This document shows, piece by piece, positions 63,154-64,000 of a stretch of DNA of 64,000 bases. Under the pieces are notes generated by a model, which searched no databases, was not told the origin of the DNA, and worked only from the letters and a program-made list of their open reading frames with translations. This DNA is from Dudresnaya verticillata (lineage: Eukaryota), in contig OZ374559.1 of NCBI GenBank assembly GCA_977862235.1, forward strand, positions 2,418,001-2,482,000, given 5' to 3'. Both the position numbers and the translations under genes were made by a program. Each line of letters opens with the position of its first letter. Position 1 is the stretch's first letter.

Positions 63154-63798
63154 TGTGGAAGAATGAGCCGCAGCAGAAGTGCTGGCGCACTGTAAGGCGT
63201 TTGTGCGCATTAAGGTGTAAGACGCCCGCGCGCATCAAGCTGTATAGCGCGCACAAGCACCGTGCGCTGTAAGGTCGATGCGCCTCTCTGGCGTCCCTGC
63301 TGGCACCAAAAGTGATGGCAAATTGCCATTGGGTAATTTATTGTGGCCGCTCACGCGTCCCAACGCGGTACTACCACTAATCCGTATTTATAACTGACAA
63401 CAGTACGATTAGATTAATAAGTACAGCTAGAATAGCTTAGAATAGCTCCTATAAGGTAAGAGCATTTTCGGCGCTGTATACTTAATAGGCCCCTGAGTAC
63501 CAGGGGCCTCCTGAATAGAACCCACGGTGGGTTTCGGGTCTTTACCCTTTTTCTGGAATTTACGGACTCACCGTAACCTCCCTTTCAGGTGCTTTACGAG
63601 CCTTCACTCCACAAGACGGTTGCTCTGTGCGAGCTGGGTGGCGCCACCCCTTTTCCCCCCTTTTCCCATAGGCTCTGTGCGTTTCAAAGTCTCACCAAAC
63701 CCTTTTCCCGAGCTACCTAAGCTAGTGTGTTGTGCACCGTCAGGACAGCTGTCCTTGCCGGTTGGCGGGTTTCTGCCTTGACGGGCTGTACTACTACA
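63154..63798 (+). repeat. 3' LTR
   Basis: TGTGGAAGAATG...CTACTACA. Confidence 0.95.
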
Positions 63799-63803
63799 CG
63801 GGG

Positions 63804-64000
63804 CTAGTTGCCAGCACGGCGAGAAACTTCTGAAAAACATAATTCGCAACAGTAAGAGGATATTCTTTGTGTAACGCTTTAGCCAAACAATAGGCACCAC
63901 CTGCAGCTTGAATCTTTTCATTTCTGCAGGAATGGTCTTGATTAGATCCAACGCTCGTCCATAGAGTTGCGACTGCAGTACAATACCTTGAAGGTCAGCC
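63804..64000 (-). pseudogene. Upstream part of the Copia gag interrupted by the Gypsy
   Basis: Minus-strand frame ...FSPCWQLAP joins RGGSKGFQNCEQRF...LPESLCSFLLLNNSRL at 50944 once the Gypsy is removed. Confidence 0.65.

Larger units (their letters stand above)
50945..63798 (+). mobile_element. Ty3/Gypsy LTR retrotransposon (12.9 kb) nested in Copia gag
   Basis: Two ~645-bp LTRs (TG...CA), PBS, PPT, gag-PR-RT-RH-INT order. Flanks CGCGG / CGGGG (TSD with one mismatch). Confidence 0.95.

Noticed and set aside
1..64000. rRNA or tRNA genes
   Set aside because: None recognised; the only tRNA-related sequence is the Gypsy PBS.

Overview
This is eukaryotic, intron-poor, repeat-dominated DNA. A red-algal source is my guess from element types, not something the sequence proves. 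Most short ORFs in the track are spurious. From left to right: (i) 1-3.6 kb holds an orphan ORF and a degraded non-LTR RT. (ii) 3559-18100 is a ~14.5 kb inverted duplication with a ~0.9 kb spacer. It carries two near-identical, divergently oriented copies of a secreted Cys-rich 250-aa gene, and is peppered with 3' fragments of an RLE-type (CRE-like) non-LTR family that share a 3' hairpin. (iii) ~19.1-22.9 kb is a degraded Helitron-type Rep/PIF1 helicase interrupted by a solo LTR. (iv) 23930-44317 is a ~20.4 kb segment bounded by long inverted repeats. It encodes a degraded Sola-like DDD transposase, a ParB-like / beta-class amino-DNA-methyltransferase fusion (two nonsense codons) and several orphan cargo ORFs. 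The MTase C-terminus and the ORF just upstream of the transposase share a domain. This is the best candidate for an undescribed system. (v) 44.3-64 kb is a nest: a LINE ORF1-like remnant, then a Copia element interrupted by a solo LTR and by a two-LTR Ty3/Gypsy. The Gypsy itself contains a solo LTR, a truncated integrase and a large antisense ORF. All identities are by-eye estimates; no database searches were run.
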